The notes: generated by a model from the letters alone, not told the origin. Shown: positions 1-12,142, counted from the first letter of the stretch. The stretch is DNA of 64,000 nucleotides from Synechococcus sp. (GCA_047285535.1 JBJBDC010000001.1:2304136-2368135); one strand, 5' to 3'. Translations and numbers: made by a program.

Positions 1-104
1 GCCATTGCGAGGCCATCATGTAGAACGGCAGGGCATTGATCTTGCCTCTTCTCAGGCTTCATCACGCATGTGGTGTGAGAATGATGGAATCTGATTTCGC
101 TGGG

Positions 105-878
105 ATGTCCCGCCTTTCTCTGCTGCCTGCTGAGCTCCGCCGCAGCCTGGAACAGCGTTCCGCACTCAAGGTGATCGCCGGTCTGATGAATTTCGATCCC
201 ACCAATGTGGCGATGGTGGCTTCTGCCGCAGGTCGTGGTGGTGCTGATTTGATTGATTTGGCCTGTGATTCGGAGCTGGTCAAGTTGGCCATCAAGGCCT
301 CAGGTGGTGTGCCGGTTTGTGTGTCTGCAGTGGACCCTGAGTTGTTTCCTGCCGCTGTGGATGCTGGTGCAGTGATGGTGGAGATTGGCAATTACGACGC
401 CTTCTACCCCCAAGGGCGAATCTTTGATGCTGCTGAAGTGTTGGCGCTGACCTGCAGGACACGTGAGCTACTGCCCAAGGTGGTGATGAGTGTCACGGTG
501 CCTCACGTTCTGCCGATGGACCAACAAGAACTTCTTGCTGTTGATTTGGTCGCAGCCGGTGCTGATTTGATTCAAACAGAGGGGGGTACCAGTGCGAAGC
601 CATCCAGCCCAGGCAGCCTTGGTTTGATTGAGAAAGCAGCTCCCACTTTGGCTGCGGCTCACAGCATCAGTGCCGCTTTGAAGCAATCAAAGTGCGTTGT
701 GCCCGTACTGTGTGCGTCTGGCTTGTCTGCCGTCACCGTACCGATGGCCGTTGCTGCTGGCGCTGCTGGTGTGGGGGTGGGATCGGCGGTGAATCGTCTT
801 TCCGATGAACTGGCGATGACAGCAGTGGTGTGCGCCCTTCGCGAAGCTCTTGGCAAGTCAGTCACCAGCTGCGTTTGA
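105..878 (+). CDS. ycf23: Ycf23/DUF561 family protein
   Basis: ORF 36..878; ATG at 105 gives MSRLSLLP..; LKVIAGLMNFD, EIGNYDAFY and IQTEGG motifs are typical of cyanobacterial Ycf23. Confidence 0.85.
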   Translation: MSRLSLLPAELRRSLEQRSALKVIAGLMNFDPTNVAMVASAAGRGGADLIDLACDSELVKLAIKASGGVPVCVSAVDPELFPAAVDAGAVMVEIGNYDAFYPQGRIFDAAEVLALTCRTRELLPKVVMSVTVPHVLPMDQQELLAVDLVAAGADLIQTEGGTSAKPSSPGSLGLIEKAAPTLAAAHSISAALKQSKCVVPVLCASGLSAVTVPMAVAAGAAGVGVGSAVNRLSDELAMTAVVCALREALGKSVTSCV

Positions 879-1038
879 GCTGGCCGCCTTGGCAACGTCG
901 GCCTTGGGCTCCTCAGCGCCGAGCTCTTTCATGAAGAAATCAATATGGAATTAAAGAGAACTCCCTGATCAGCGTGATTGCTCATGGGCAGTGCCTCCTG
1001 TTGATTCCTAATTTGAGCTCAGTAAAGGTTTGATCGTG

Positions 1039-1461
1039 ATGGGACCTCTTGGCTGGTTGCTGCAGTGGCCGATTCGGGGGCTTGTTTTGCTTGTGGTTGC
1101 TGCGCTGCCCCTTGGTGTGGAGCTGGCCAGTTTTGGTACGGCGCTTTGGGCAGCGGTCTTGATTGGCTTCTTGGGCACTCTTTTGATCGTTCCGCTCAAA
1201 TTAGTGTTCGGTCCCGTGTGGGCCATCACTTCATTAGGCGGATTGATCTCGCCGGTGTCGTTTTTGTTCAATTGGATGATCACGGTCATCTTGTTTGGAT
1301 TGGCCGCTTGGTTGATTCAGGGTTTTCGTCTTAAGAACGGTTTGATCAGCGCCATTTTTGGTGCCGTTGTGTACAGCGTGATCAGTGCCATTGTGTTGCG
1401 CGCTCTTGGTCTGGCCGATGTGGATTTCACGAGGGCAGCCTTGAGTGGATCGGTGGCCTAG
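1039..1461 (+). CDS. 4-TM membrane protein (YvlD/DUF360, holin superfamily IV-like)
   Basis: Four hydrophobic segments; GVELASFGTALWAAVLIG and GFRLKNG.SAIFGA pattern. Confidence 0.7.
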   Translation: MGPLGWLLQWPIRGLVLLVVAALPLGVELASFGTALWAAVLIGFLGTLLIVPLKLVFGPVWAITSLGGLISPVSFLFNWMITVILFGLAAWLIQGFRLKNGLISAIFGAVVYSVISAIVLRALGLADVDFTRAALSGSVA

Positions 1462-1572
1462 AGGCTCCTTGTTGGGTCTGCTCCTTGTTGACTTCAGCTG
1501 CTGCGGAGTCACCGGATCTTCGGGAATCGCCGTAGCCTGAGGAGCCTTCCCATAGGCGTACGCCCCCTGAAC

Positions 1573-3612
1573 ATGCCCGCCTACGAGCTATCGGCGCCTT
1601 ACACCCCTAAAGGGGATCAACCTTCGGCTATTGCCCAATTGGTGGAGGGTGTGAATCGTGGAAAGCGTTATCAAACTCTTCTGGGTGCAACGGGTACGGG
1701 TAAGACGTTCACAATGGCCAATGTGATCGCCCAGACAGGACGCCCGGCTCTTGTACTAGCTCACAACAAGACGTTGGCCGCTCAGCTTTGCAATGAGTTG
1801 AGAGAGTTCTTTCCTCATAACGCTGTTGAATATTTTATTTCTTACTACGATTACTACCAGCCGGAAGCCTATGTTCCGGTGAGTGATACTTATATAGCCA
1901 AGACGGCATCGATCAATGAAGAGATCGATATGTTGCGTCATTCAGCGACGCGCTCACTATTCGAGCGCCGCGACGTCATTGTGGTGGCCTCGATCAGTTG
2001 TATTTACGGGCTTGGAATTCCAAGTGAATACCTCAAAGCTTCTGTCCCTTTCCAGGTTGGTGAGACTGTGGATTTGCGTAGATCGTTGCGCGAGTTGGTC
2101 AATAATCAGTACAACCGTAATGACACAGAGGCTGGCCGTGGTCGTTTTCGTGTAAAGGGAGATGTGCTCGAGATTGGTCCGGCCTATGACGATCGGCTAG
2201 TAAGAATAGAGCTGTTTGGTGATGAGATCGAAGCAATCCGCTATGTCGATCCAATCACGGGAGAAATTCTTCAAAGTTTGGATGCAATCAGTATTTATCC
2301 GGCCAAACATTTTGTGACCCCTAAAGAGCGGCTCAATGATGCAGTAAGGGCTATTCGTAGTGAGCTTAAGGATCAATTGGAGTTTCTGAATGGTGAGGGC
2401 AAATTGCTTGAGGCGCAACGCTTGGAACAACGCGCCAAGTATGACCTGGAAATGCTGCAACAAATTGGATATTGCAATGGAGTTGAGAACTACGCGCGTC
2501 ACTTAGCCGGTCGTGAGCCTGGATCAGCACCGGAATGCCTGATTGATTACTTCCCTGACGACTGGTTGTTGATCGTCGATGAAAGTCATGTGACCTGCTC
2601 CCAGCTGCATGCGATGTACAACGGCGATCAGGCACGCAAGAAAGTGCTGATTGACCATGGCTTCCGCTTGCCCAGCGCCGCTGATAACCGACCACTCAAA
2701 TCAGAAGAGTTTTGGAGTAAAGCCAGGCAAACCGTGTTTGTGAGTGCCACTCCAGGCAATTGGGAGATGGAGGTCAGTGAAGGGCAAGTGGCCGAACAGG
2801 TCATTCGACCCACAGGAGTGCTTGATCCGATCGTTGAAGTGCGACCAACAACCGGACAGGTTGATGACCTGCTTGGCGAAATTCGTGATCGTGCTTCAAA
2901 GCAGCAGCGTGTGTTGGTGACGACCCTCACCAAGCGGATGGCCGAGGACCTAACCGATTACTTGGCAGAGAACAAAGTACGTGTGCGCTATTTGCACTCT
3001 GAGATTCACTCAATCGAGCGGATCGAGATCATTCAAGATCTACGACTAGGTGAATACGATGTTCTTGTTGGTGTGAATTTGTTACGGGAAGGTCTTGATC
3101 TTCCAGAAGTCTCCTTGGTGGCAATTCTGGATGCAGATAAAGAAGGGTTCTTGCGGGCCCAGCGATCACTGATTCAAACGATCGGTCGTGCAGCGCGTCA
3201 TGTGGAGGGGAAGGCGTTGCTCTACGCGGAGACCATGACGGACTCGATGGCTAAGGCGATTGAAGAAACAGAAAGACGGCGCAAGATTCAGCACACCTAC
3301 AATGAAAGGCACGGAATTGTTCCTAAAGCCGCTGGCAAGAAGGCCAGTAATTCAATTCTTAATTTTCTGGAATTGTCGCGCAAACTCAAAACGGACGGCC
3401 CGGACGCTGACTTGGTCAAAGTGGCAGGTAAAGCTGTTCAAGCTTTAGAAGAGGAAAGTGACGGAATGGCTCTGGATGCTTTGCCGGAACTCATCGATCA
3501 GCTTGAGATGAAGATGAAGGAATCTGCTAAGAAGCTTGATTTCGAGGAAGCGGCAAATTTGCGTGACCGGATTAAGAAATTGCGTCAGAAGTTGGTTGGC
3601 AGTGGCAGATGA
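1573..3612 (+). CDS. uvrB: Excinuclease ABC subunit B
   Basis: GATGTGKT Walker [16 protein letters not shown]-terminal UVR motif [11 protein letters not shown]. Confidence 0.99.
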   Translation: MPAYELSAPYTPKGDQPSAIAQLVEGVNRGKRYQTLLGATGTGKTFTMANVIAQTGRPALVLAHNKTLAAQLCNELREFFPHNAVEYFISYYDYYQPEAYVPVSDTYIAKTASINEEIDMLRHSATRSLFERRDVIVVASISCIYGLGIPSEYLKASVPFQVGETVDLRRSLRELVNNQYNRNDTEAGRGRFRVKGDVLEIGPAYDDRLVRIELFGDEIEAIRYVDPITGEILQSLDAISIYPAKHFVTPKERLNDAVRAIRSELKDQLEFLNGEGKLLEAQRLEQRAKYDLEMLQQIGYCNGVENYARHLAGREPGSAPECLIDYFPDDWLLIVDESHVTCSQLHAMYNGDQARKKVLIDHGFRLPSAADNRPLKSEEFWSKARQTVFVSATPGNWEMEVSEGQVAEQVIRPTGVLDPIVEVRPTTGQVDDLLGEIRDRASKQQRVLVTTLTKRMAEDLTDYLAENKVRVRYLHSEIHSIERIEIIQDLRLGEYDVLVGVNLLREGLDLPEVSLVAILDADKEGFLRAQRSLIQTIGRAARHVEGKALLYAETMTDSMAKAIEETERRRKIQHTYNERHGIVPKAAGKKASNSILNFLELSRKLKTDGPDADLVKVAGKAVQALEEESDGMALDALPELIDQLEMKMKESAKKLDFEEAANLRDRIKKLRQKLVGSGR

Positions 3613-5415
3613 TTAGTCCTTTAAAGGTGATTCTGTTCCTTGCGCTTCATGGCATTCAAAGCCACCGAGTTGAAAGCCTGCGTGAACAGCTTGAAGGGCT
3701 TTGATGCCATCGGTTTCTGCGACGACACAGCTGGTGCGTATTTCGCTGGTCGCGATCAGTTCGATGTTCACACCGGCTTCGGCGAGAAAACGGAACATTC
3801 GTCCTGCCGTCCCAGCGGTGGCAGGCATTCCCGCACCGATCGCGCTGATGCGTGCAATTGCATGCCCATCCTCCAGAACGGCACCAGGCCATTGGGCTAG
3901 CAGTGGCGCCAAGGCTTGATCAGAAGCTGCTCGATCCTCACGCTTCACCACGAAACTGATGTCGCGGCTGCCATTGGCGTGCTGTCGTTCGGATTGGACG
4001 ATCGCTTCAAGGCTGATGCCGGCATCGGCGAGAGCTGAACAGAGTGAACCTGCCGTGCCAGGCCGGTCAGGAACTTGGCGCACGCTCACTTGAGCCTGGT
4101 CCCGATCCAAGGCCACGCCTCTCACTTCAGGTTCCCCTTCTCCGCTGACTGGAGGGTTGATGTGTTGCTGCTCCGGGCTGAGCTCGAAGGCTTGTTGAGC
4201 GGCTTGCAAGGCCTTGCCGCCCATCGACGCCTCCACCACGCAGCTCACTTTGACTTCGCTGGTGGCAATCAGGCGCACGTTGATTCCCTCTCGTGAGAGC
4301 GTGTCGAATAGCCCAGCGGCGATGCCTGGACGGCCCATAATCCCTGCACCTCGGATGCTCAGCTTGCTCATTCCTCCGTCAGCGCTGAGCTTCCCTCCCA
4401 GGCTGTCAACCAGCCTGGTGCAGATGCTATTGGCCTGGGCAAGGTCCGCTTCCGCAACGGTGAAGGTGATGTCGTTGCTGTTGCCTTCATGGGTGGCCTG
4501 AATGATGAGGTCGACGTTCACACCTCCTGCGGACAGGCTTTCGAACAGTCGGGCCGCGACCCCAGGCTGATCGGGCACATGAGACAGGGCGAGGACCGCT
4601 TGCTTCTCGATGAGTTCCACGCCGTCGACAGGGCGCCCGAGTTCCAGGCCGTCGCGGCCGATTGGTCTGGGATTGCGACTGGTGAGCTTGGTGCCTGGTT
4701 CATTGCTCCAGCTGGAGCGCACCACCAGGTTCACTCCGTAGTTTCGGGCAATTTCGACGGCACGGGGATGGAGCACGGCTGCGCCTAGGCTCGCCAATTC
4801 GAGCATTTCATCGCAGCTGACCTGGGGCATCAGCTGAGCATTGGCGACTTTGCGGGGGTCCGTGGTCAGCACCCCTGGCACATCAGTGAAAATCTCGCAG
4901 CTATCGGCACCCAGGGCTGCGGCTAACGCGACAGCTGAGGTATCAGATCCTCCCCTGCCGAGGGTGGTGATTTCGGCGGTGCCTCCACGGCTCAGACTGG
5001 TGCCCTGGAAGCCAGCTACCACCACAACTTGGCCTTCTGCAAGCCTGGCGCGTAGGCGGTCGGTCCGCACATCAAGGATTCGGGCTCGGCCATGGGCGGA
5101 TTCAGTCACGATTCCCACCTGGGCACCGGTCATCGAGACTGCTGGCACCCCTAGCTCATGTAAGGCCATCGCAAGGAGGGCGATTGAGACCTGTTCCCCA
5201 GTGGAGAGCAGCATGTCCATCTCCCGTTGGGGGGGAGCTGAGCTGATGGCTTTTGCCTTGGCGGTCAGCTCATCGGTGGTGTGGCCCATGGCCGACACCA
5301 CAATCACCAAATCATTGCCTTCTTCTTTGCAAGCGGCGATGCGCTGGGCAACGGCCTGCAGGCGTTCAACATTGCCGACGGACGTACCGCCGAACTTCTG
5401 AACCAGCAGGGCCAT
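3613..5415 (-). CDS. lysC: Aspartate kinase, cyanobacterial type with four ACT domains
   Basis: MALLVQKFGGTSVG, TTLGRGGSDTSA, duplicated ACT pairs (IATSEVK/IATSEIR). Confidence 0.97.
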   Translation of the reverse strand: MALLVQKFGGTSVGNVERLQAVAQRIAACKEEGNDLVIVVSAMGHTTDELTAKAKAISSAPPQREMDMLLSTGEQVSIALLAMALHELGVPAVSMTGAQVGIVTESAHGRARILDVRTDRLRARLAEGQVVVVAGFQGTSLSRGGTAEITTLGRGGSDTSAVALAAALGADSCEIFTDVPGVLTTDPRKVANAQLMPQVSCDEMLELASLGAAVLHPRAVEIARNYGVNLVVRSSWSNEPGTKLTSRNPRPIGRDGLELGRPVDGVELIEKQAVLALSHVPDQPGVAARLFESLSAGGVNVDLIIQATHEGNSNDITFTVAEADLAQANSICTRLVDSLGGKLSADGGMSKLSIRGAGIMGRPGIAAGLFDTLSREGINVRLIATSEVKVSCVVEASMGGKALQAAQQAFELSPEQQHINPPVSGEGEPEVRGVALDRDQAQVSVRQVPDRPGTAGSLCSALADAGISLEAIVQSERQHANGSRDISFVVKREDRAASDQALAPLLAQWPGAVLEDGHAIARISAIGAGMPATAGTAGRMFRFLAEAGVNIELIATSEIRTSCVVAETDGIKALQAVHAGFQLGGFECHEAQGTESPLKD

Positions 5416-5540
5416 CAACGCCGTCTCCAATAGAAAGGGATTTTCTCATTGCGGCTGTTTTGGGCGTTGCCATCGATGACGTTTCGCCCACCGGCATTGG
5501 TTTGGTTGCAAAGCAAGACCACCATGATTGAGCACCGATA

Positions 5541-6137
5541 ATGCAGTGTTGTCATGAAGGCACTAGGTTCTGCGCTTCTTTTCTTTGTCCTCTCTTAATC
5601 GGCTTTGGATTTGTTGGTTCTGCTCCATCAATTTCAGGGCCCACTGTGTCTCAAGTGAGTGATTTTGAAAATAATGTGAAAACGCAGCAGTCTGGAAGTG
5701 GTATGAGGTTTTTAGGGTTTGGAGGATTTAATAATGTTGCTGAAAATAAATCTTATGTATCGCTTGATCTGCTAATTATTGATACAACAGCTGGCGAGGT
5801 TTTTGGTTATACAACTGTTGAAGGAAGGTCTGTCAATACAGCCAAGATTAAAGCTTCTGGTGGTTCTTTATTGCTTCTCGCTGGTTTGATTGGAGGGTTG
5901 ATAGGGGCCAGTGGTTTAGGTGCCTAGGGACTTGCAGCTGCTGGAGCTTTGAGTTTCAATGAATCGTCTAGTGAAACAAAAAATGTGCCCGTGGCGAAAG
6001 CTGTTCGCGCAGCACTTATTGCGGCGTCAAATTATGTGGCATGTGTTTTAGTTCGCAAAGATCAGTGTCTTGTTGGTTATGTAAAGAGTAATTCTCGGCG
6101 CCGCCAAAATACATTGGATGTGCTCAAGATGGATTAG
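5541..6137 (+). pseudogene. CsgG/HfaB-like protein remnant (in-frame TAG at 5925-5927, probable internal deletion)
   Basis: ORFs 5541..5927 and 5949..6137 share a frame and are separated by one TAG; YVSLDLLIIDTTAGEV..TVEG resembles the CsgG-family C-terminal half; AT-rich relative to flanks. Confidence 0.65.
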
Positions 6138-6186
6138 TGGAAAGTGGATTTGATTGTTCCTTGAAAATGGTTCATCAAGCAGCGTT

Positions 6187-7152
6187 TCAGCTCAAGAGTC
6201 CGTCGCGAAATGCATGGCTTGGTAATGCGCCTCGTTTGAGTCTTGCCTCTACTTCCAACAACCGTCCTAATAGGGATAAAAAGCGTTTAGGTTGTCTTCC
6301 TTGTAACTGCTTGCGCATCACATAAATCCGTTTTGGATTGCCAATTCCGGCGGCTTTGGCAATCACCGCAACATCCCGTTCGCCCTGTTGCTCCAGCATG
6401 CTCACCCAGAGCCAACCGCGGATCTGACCTGTCAGAGTGGCAAGGATGCGTAGGGCAGGTTCGCCTGCATTGATAAGGGCGTCCCAGCGGGCAATGGCTT
6501 CTCCTGGATCGCCATCCAAGAGGGCATCCCCAACCGCGAGGGCATTCGTTGCTCTTCCTGTCACCAGCTCTTTGACGAGCTCGGCGTTGATCGTCGAGGT
6601 GCGTAGGGAAAGTTTGCGAAGTTCCGATTCCAGTCGGGAGCTATCGGTTCCTATGGCCTCTAGAAGGGCGTCGATAGCATCTGGATCCAGCGTGAGCGAG
6701 AGCGCTTCGGCGGTGCGCTTTACTAGCAGGCGCTGTCCATTGCCGTCCCAGGCTGTTGGCAGGGGGAAGCCCTTCTCCAAGTCTAAACCTTGTTTGATCC
6801 GCTTTTGCAGTTTTTTGGTCGTGCGCAGTCGTCCGTCTGGTTTCGCTGGGTTGCTGAGTATTAAGTGGGTGCTTGCTGGGATCAGTTCGAGGATGGCTTC
6901 AAAGCGATCGGCCAGGTCGCTCGGGCAAGCGTTGCAGAACGGTGAGCGTTGAAGCAGAACCACGCGCATGCCTCCGCCGAAGGGAGGGGTGCGTGCTTCT
7001 TCAAGGGCCTGTTGGGCTTGGCCAGCTTCGCTGCCATCGAGGCGGCTGAGATTGATGCTGCTCCATGTGGGATCGATGGCTTCCTCGATCAAGGCTGCGA
7101 TGGCGCGATCGCGGGCAGCACTGTCGTCACCCCAGAGAAGATGGATGGGCAT
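6187..7152 (-). CDS. holA: DNA polymerase III delta subunit
   Basis: MPIHLLWGDD start, TPPFGGGMRVV, KPDGRL, GIGNPKRIY typical of cyanobacterial HolA. Confidence 0.93.
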   Translation of the reverse strand: MPIHLLWGDDSAARDRAIAALIEEAIDPTWSSINLSRLDGSEAGQAQQALEEARTPPFGGGMRVVLLQRSPFCNACPSDLADRFEAILELIPASTHLILSNPAKPDGRLRTTKKLQKRIKQGLDLEKGFPLPTAWDGNGQRLLVKRTAEALSLTLDPDAIDALLEAIGTDSSRLESELRKLSLRTSTINAELVKELVTGRATNALAVGDALLDGDPGEAIARWDALINAGEPALRILATLTGQIRGWLWVSMLEQQGERDVAVIAKAAGIGNPKRIYVMRKQLQGRQPKRFLSLLGRLLEVEARLKRGALPSHAFRDGLLS

Positions 7153-7192
7153 GAAGGAGGTGGGGAGCGAGGACAAGGTTCGGTGTGCGTTG

Positions 7193-7852
7193 ATGATGCC
7201 GGAATTGCTTCTTGATCCTCTGAACAGCGATCATCCAATCTTTAGCGAAAGCATCCGTCGCATCCGGGCCCTGTTGGGAGCTACCGGTCTGGAACCTTTG
7301 CAGCAACAAGTCTTAGAGAGGGTTGTCCACAGCAGTGGTGATCCATCACTGCAGAGCCTGCTGGCATTCACTCCTGGTGCTTGTGAAGCCGGGATTCAGG
7401 CTTTAACAGCAGGGGCTTTGATCTTGACGGATACGGCGATGGCGGCGGCAGCGGTTCGGCCAATGGCAGAGCGCACCTTGGGAAATAAGGTGCGCTGCCT
7501 TCTTGATTGGGCCCCGGCCAAGGCGCCGCAAGGCTCCACCCGATCGGCGATGGCAATGGCTCGCGCTTGGCCGGAGCTCATTAGGGTCGCTGAGGACGCA
7601 GAGCAGCCCTTACCCCTTGTATTAATTGGCAGTGCTCCAACGGCTTTGGAGCAACTTCTGGATCAACTGGATGGCGGGGCTCAGAGCCCCAGCCTGATGA
7701 TTGGTATGCCGGTGGGGTTTGTGGGAGTGCCGGAGAGCAAACGTCGCTTGGCTGGTACAACCCTGGATCAGATCCGCTTGGACGGCACCCGTGGTGGTGC
7801 AGGGCTGGTCGCAGCCGCTGTGAATGCTCTGTTAAGTCAGGCGGCAAGTTGA
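7193..7852 (+). CDS. cobH: Precorrin-8X methylmutase
   Basis: [47 protein letters not shown]. Confidence 0.93.
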   Translation: MMPELLLDPLNSDHPIFSESIRRIRALLGATGLEPLQQQVLERVVHSSGDPSLQSLLAFTPGACEAGIQALTAGALILTDTAMAAAAVRPMAERTLGNKVRCLLDWAPAKAPQGSTRSAMAMARAWPELIRVAEDAEQPLPLVLIGSAPTALEQLLDQLDGGAQSPSLMIGMPVGFVGVPESKRRLAGTTLDQIRLDGTRGGAGLVAAAVNALLSQAAS

Positions 7853-10611
7853 TCGAGGACTTGCTGCGCCCTTTGCACCACAGGTTGGGGCACCCCCGCT
7901 AATCGAGCTGCTTCAATGCCATAGCTGCGGCTGGCGCCTCCGGCCGCAACCCTGTGGAGAAACACCAGATCGCTGCCAGTTTCTTCAACAAGGACTTGGT
8001 AGTTGGCCACATTGGTTCGTTCGCCTGCAAGGGCATTGAGCTCGTGATAATGGGTGGCAAAGACGGTGCGCGCTTTGAGATCGCCGGCCAGATGTTCGCT
8101 GACGGCCCAGGCGATCGACAACCCATCAAAGGTGGCGGTGCCCCGCCCGATCTCGTCGAGGAGTACGAGTGAGCGTTCGCTGGCGTGATGCAGGATGTTG
8201 GCGGTTTCTGCCATCTCCACCATGAAAGTGGATTGGCCGGCGGCGAGATCATCCACCGCCCCCACGCGGGTGAAGATCCGATCGGCGATACCGATCCGAG
8301 CCACCTGTGCTGGAACCCAACTGCCCACCTGAGCCAGGAGCTGGATCAGGCCGATTTGGCGGAGGTAGCAGCTTTTGCCGCTGGCATTCGGCCCAGTTAG
8401 CACCATTAAATCGATGCCTGTTCCCAGGTCACTGTCATTCGGGGTGAATGCTTCTTCCACCAGCAGTTGCTCGACCACTGGATGACGGCCCTGGTTGATG
8501 ACCAAGCTTCGATCTAACGTGATCTCAGGTGGACACCAGCCTCCAGTGCTTGCTGTTTCAGCAAGGCTGGTCATGGCATCGAGACCAGCGATAGCGCGCG
8601 CGGATCGGCGAATCGCTTCTGCGTGATCCCCTACTTTCACGCGCAGTTGACAGAACAGTTCGTATTCGCGTTGCGAGGCTCGAGCTCGCATCTGAAAGAT
8701 CAGCCCCTCTCTGGCTTTGAGGTCAGGTGTGATGAAGCGTTCTTCATTCGTCAGGGTTTGGCGCCGGATCCAGTGATCTGGCACGGTGCCGGAGCGCGCC
8801 CGACTCACAGACAGGAAATAACCAAAGGTCCGGTGATATTGAAGTTTGAGGTTGCTGTTGTTGCTGCGCTGACGTTCCAGTTGCTCTTGTTCGGCCAGCC
8901 ACCGTTCCTGGTCATCGAGCTGATTGCGTAAGCCATCCAGGATGGGATCGACACCGTCGTGAATCAGGCCTCCCTCGCTGAGGCTGAGAGGTGGGCTATC
9001 GACCAGTTGATGGCGGATGTTGACTCCGAGCGCCGATAAAACTGGATTAGGTGCAAGGACATCCTTCAGCCAAGTAGGACCGCCATCGAGCTGGCTGCCG
9101 ATCAGATTGGCGAGCTTGGGTAGTCGCTCTAGGCCATCGGCGATCGCCACGAGATCTCTGGCTCCTGCATGGCCAGCCCCGGCGCGTCCAGCGAGTCGTT
9201 CCAGGTCACCCATGGGGCGTAGTAAGCGGCGCAAAGCCTGACGCAAAGGCCTCTTGCTCACCAATTGGCTCACGCTTGCTTGGCGGGCTTGAATGAGGGA
9301 GGCATCCATCAGTGGGGCAACAACCCAGCGACGCAGGCAACGGGCGCCCATGGCGGTGAGGGTGCGATCAATCGCCCACAGCAATGAGCCTTGAAATTGG
9401 CTATCACGCTGGGTGGCGGTTAGCTCGAGATTGCGGCGGGTTTGGGCATCTAGGACGAGGGCGTCGCCTGGGAAACAGGTGATCGGTCGCTCCAGGGGCG
9501 GAGGTGTGATCCCGTCGTCGTCAAGTGGGCAGGTGTCACCCAAATAGGCGAGTAGTCCGCCGGCGGCACGCATGGCGAGGGGAACATTGTGTAGCCCTAG
9601 GCCGTCGAGGGTTTGCAACCGGAATCGCTCCAAGAGCAGCGCTTCTGCTTCCGGTTGGCTGAAGGCTGTGCTGCCGAGTTCGCAGCGTTGCACGTGCTCC
9701 GGACACCAGCTGGGTGCAACATTGTCTTGGCTGTGGTGGATCAGTTCCGCCGGATCGAGCCGCGAAAGCTCTTGATGCAGAGAGGCGCTGGTGTCTTGTT
9801 CGCGAACCAAAAATTCTCCTGTGCTCACATCGGCGCAGGCCAGCCCCCAGCGGAAGGGGTTTCGGCCGCGGGCCGGTTCAACCACCACGGCTGCAAGCCA
9901 GTTGTTACGGCGAGCGCTGAGCAGGCCTTCTTCCAGGACGGTGCCAGGTGTTAACACTCTGGTGATGTCACGCCGCAACAAGGTTCCTTTAGTGGACCCA
10001 CTGGCAGGGGCGGTTTCGAGCTGGTCGCACAAGGCCACACTGAGGCCCTGGCGAATCAGTTCTGAGCAGTACCGCTCAGCGGCGTGATGAGGGATGCCTG
10101 CCATCGGCACCCGTCCAATCTTTTTGCCGGCTTCTTTCCCCGTGAGGGTGAGTTCCAGCAGGCGGGACAGCTTGATGGCATCTTCGAAAAAGCATTCGAA
10201 GAAATCGCCGAGTCGGTAGAGCAATACCCGATCGGGATGGGCTGCTTTGAGCTCCACGTAGTGGCGGAGCATCGGGGTGAGCTGCTCCAGTTTGACCTGA
10301 CTGTGGTGTGACCAAGGAGGAAGATCGTCGTCGCTATTGGCGTTAGAAGTAATTTCTGAAGTTGCTGCCTCGTTGTCGAGGCTCGTTGAGGGATCCGATT
10401 GCTGGCGTCGGCGTGGGCGCAGTTTGGCGTCTTCGGTGAGCTCTTTGTCATCCAGCTGACTGTGGTCAGCCTTCTTCTGCTGGTTTTGGATCGGAATTGA
10501 GTTGGTGGGTTCCGCATCCCCAAAAAGGTTGCCCTGCAGGGCCAGGTCCGGTTGGGGCACGGGAGGCACTGCAACAAGAGGATCGTAAGACTCGCTCCAA
10601 CGGATCACCAC
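7837..10611 (-). CDS. mutS: DNA mismatch repair protein MutS (true start may be a few codons downstream)
   Basis: [45 protein letters not shown]. Confidence 0.98.
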   Translation of the reverse strand: MVIRWSESYDPLVAVPPVPQPDLALQGNLFGDAEPTNSIPIQNQQKKADHSQLDDKELTEDAKLRPRRRQQSDPSTSLDNEAATSEITSNANSDDDLPPWSHHSQVKLEQLTPMLRHYVELKAAHPDRVLLYRLGDFFECFFEDAIKLSRLLELTLTGKEAGKKIGRVPMAGIPHHAAERYCSELIRQGLSVALCDQLETAPASGSTKGTLLRRDITRVLTPGTVLEEGLLSARRNNWLAAVVVEPARGRNPFRWGLACADVSTGEFLVREQDTSASLHQELSRLDPAELIHHSQDNVAPSWCPEHVQRCELGSTAFSQPEAEALLLERFRLQTLDGLGLHNVPLAMRAAGGLLAYLGDTCPLDDDGITPPPLERPITCFPGDALVLDAQTRRNLELTATQRDSQFQGSLLWAIDRTLTAMGARCLRRWVVAPLMDASLIQARQASVSQLVSKRPLRQALRRLLRPMGDLERLAGRAGAGHAGARDLVAIADGLERLPKLANLIGSQLDGGPTWLKDVLAPNPVLSALGVNIRHQLVDSPPLSLSEGGLIHDGVDPILDGLRNQLDDQERWLAEQEQLERQRSNNSNLKLQYHRTFGYFLSVSRARSGTVPDHWIRRQTLTNEERFITPDLKAREGLIFQMRARASQREYELFCQLRVKVGDHAEAIRRSARAIAGLDAMTSLAETASTGGWCPPEITLDRSLVINQGRHPVVEQLLVEEAFTPNDSDLGTGIDLMVLTGPNASGKSCYLRQIGLIQLLAQVGSWVPAQVARIGIADRIFTRVGAVDDLAAGQSTFMVEMAETANILHHASERSLVLLDEIGRGTATFDGLSIAWAVSEHLAGDLKARTVFATHYHELNALAGERTNVANYQVLVEETGSDLVFLHRVAAGGASRSYGIEAARLAGVPQPVVQRAQQVLDQLAA

Positions 10612-10698
10612 AAGCTGTGAAGGTTGATTCCAAGGTGCGCAACCGTTCCACGTGCGTGTGAGAATCTTTATTCACCGACCTGGTGTCGAACCAAATCC

Positions 10699-10887
10699 AT
10701 GCAGATCCTCAACACTCTCACCGTGCTGGCCCTGGTGGTGATGTCGTTTGCCCTTATCGTGGCGGTTCCTGTGCTGTATGCATCCAGTCAGGACAGCGGA
10801 CGCTCCAACCGTCTGATTCTGCTAGGAAGCATCGCTTGGGTTGTCTTAGTGCTGCTCAACTGGGGTGTGAGCTACTTCGTGGTCTGA
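10699..10887 (+). CDS. psbZ: Photosystem II protein PsbZ
   Basis: 62 aa, two TM helices, VAVPVLYAS motif; directly upstream of ribH. Confidence 0.95.
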   Translation: MQILNTLTVLALVVMSFALIVAVPVLYASSQDSGRSNRLILLGSIAWVVLVLLNWGVSYFVV

Positions 10888-10950
10888 ATCCATTGCAAAG
10901 TGATTCGGCTCTCCTTGATGGGAGCATGGTCTGAATTGCTCTGCCATTTC

Positions 10951-11433
10951 ATGGCTACGTTTGAAGGAAGGTTCACTGATTTAGCCCAGGTTCGCATCGC
11001 TGTCGTTGTGGCCCGTTTTAACGATCTCGTCACTGGAAAACTGTTGAGCGGTTGTCTGGATTGCTTGTCTCGTCATGGCGTTGATGTCAATGCAGATAGC
11101 AGTCAGCTCGATGTGGCCTGGGTGCCGGGATCGTTTGAGCTGCCTTTGGTGGCTCAAAACCTCGCGCGCTGCGGTCGCTATCAGGTTGTGATCACCCTTG
11201 GCGCGGTGATTCGTGGCGATACGCCCCATTTCGATGTAGTCGTTGCGGAAGCCAGTAAAGGCATTGCCAGCGTTGCGCGAGACACGGGCGTACCCGTCAT
11301 TTTTGGGGTTTTGACCACAGACACCATGCAGCAGGCTCTGGAGCGTGCGGGCATTAAAAGCAATCTTGGTTGGAGCTATGGATTGCAAGCCTTGGAAATG
11401 GCTTCTCTTATGAAGGCTTTACCGGGTCATTGA
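10951..11433 (+). CDS. ribH: 6,7-dimethyl-8-ribityllumazine synthase
   Basis: [27 protein letters not shown]. Confidence 0.98.
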   Translation: MATFEGRFTDLAQVRIAVVVARFNDLVTGKLLSGCLDCLSRHGVDVNADSSQLDVAWVPGSFELPLVAQNLARCGRYQVVITLGAVIRGDTPHFDVVVAEASKGIASVARDTGVPVIFGVLTTDTMQQALERAGIKSNLGWSYGLQALEMASLMKALPGH

Positions 11434-11497
11434 CCAAGGGCACCTTTGTGCTGCATGCTGCACGGGTCGTCATGAACCAACGGTTCAGATCGTCTTT

Positions 11498-11569
11498 GCG
11501 GATGTAGCTCAGTGGTAGAGCATCTCCTTGCCAAGGAGAGGGTCGAGAGTTCGAATCTCTTCATCCGCT
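11498..11569 (+). tRNA. tRNA-Gly (GCC)
   Basis: GCGGATG/CATCCGC acceptor stem, D-arm TAGCTCAGTGGTAGAGC, anticodon arm TCTCC-TTGCCAA-GGAGA, T-loop GTTCGAATC; CCA not encoded. Confidence 0.97.
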
Positions 11570-11578
11570 TGATGTTGA

Positions 11579-12034
11579 TCATTGTCTCCGTACCAGCAGG
11601 TGCTGCTTGTCAACGGTTTGGAATCCGAGTTGCTGATAAAACCCAGAGCTGTTTGTAGTCATTAAGTACACCCGTTCAGCGTCACGGATCGCTTTGGCGT
11701 TCAACAGTGCTTCCACCACTCTTCGGCCAAGGCCACGGCCTTGGAGATCGCCAGCGACGACCACATCCCAGAGCACTGCACGATGGATACCGTCGCTGGT
11801 GGCCCGCCCAAAGCCAACCATCCGTTTGCCGCGCCAGAGGCTCACGACCACGGTACTTCCAGCGAGCATCGCTTTCAGATCAGGGAGATTGCGTTGTTTG
11901 GCCCAGAAGGCGTGTTTATGAAGCAAACGGCGAAGTTTGAGCAGGCCGCGGCTTGGTTTCAGATCCGGACCGATCCCAAACCAACGCAGGCCTGGAGCAC
12001 CTGTGGCATGTTGCACGAGTCGGATGCGGGCCAT
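11579..12034 (-). CDS. GNAT family N-acetyltransferase
   Basis: VGFGRATSDG, WDVVV..QGRGLG acetyl-CoA motif, FYQQLGF. Confidence 0.9.
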   Translation of the reverse strand: MARIRLVQHATGAPGLRWFGIGPDLKPSRGLLKLRRLLHKHAFWAKQRNLPDLKAMLAGSTVVVSLWRGKRMVGFGRATSDGIHRAVLWDVVVAGDLQGRGLGRRVVEALLNAKAIRDAERVYLMTTNSSGFYQQLGFQTVDKQHLLVRRQ

Positions 12035-12142
12035 GGCGGATCGCTTGGGGCACCATCATCGGCTAGTGCAGAACTGCACTTGCACTCAGCTTGGCTGAGA
12101 AGATGAGATCAGCTCATCCCAGTGCGTGATCGCTGCTGAGTC

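Noticed and set aside
1039..1461. Holin-like gene as evidence of a prophage
   Set aside because: No endolysin, integrase or structural genes; this family is a common chromosomal membrane protein
11498..11569. tRNA-Gly as an integration site
   Set aside because: No integrase, and I saw no duplicated tRNA 3' end elsewhere in the window
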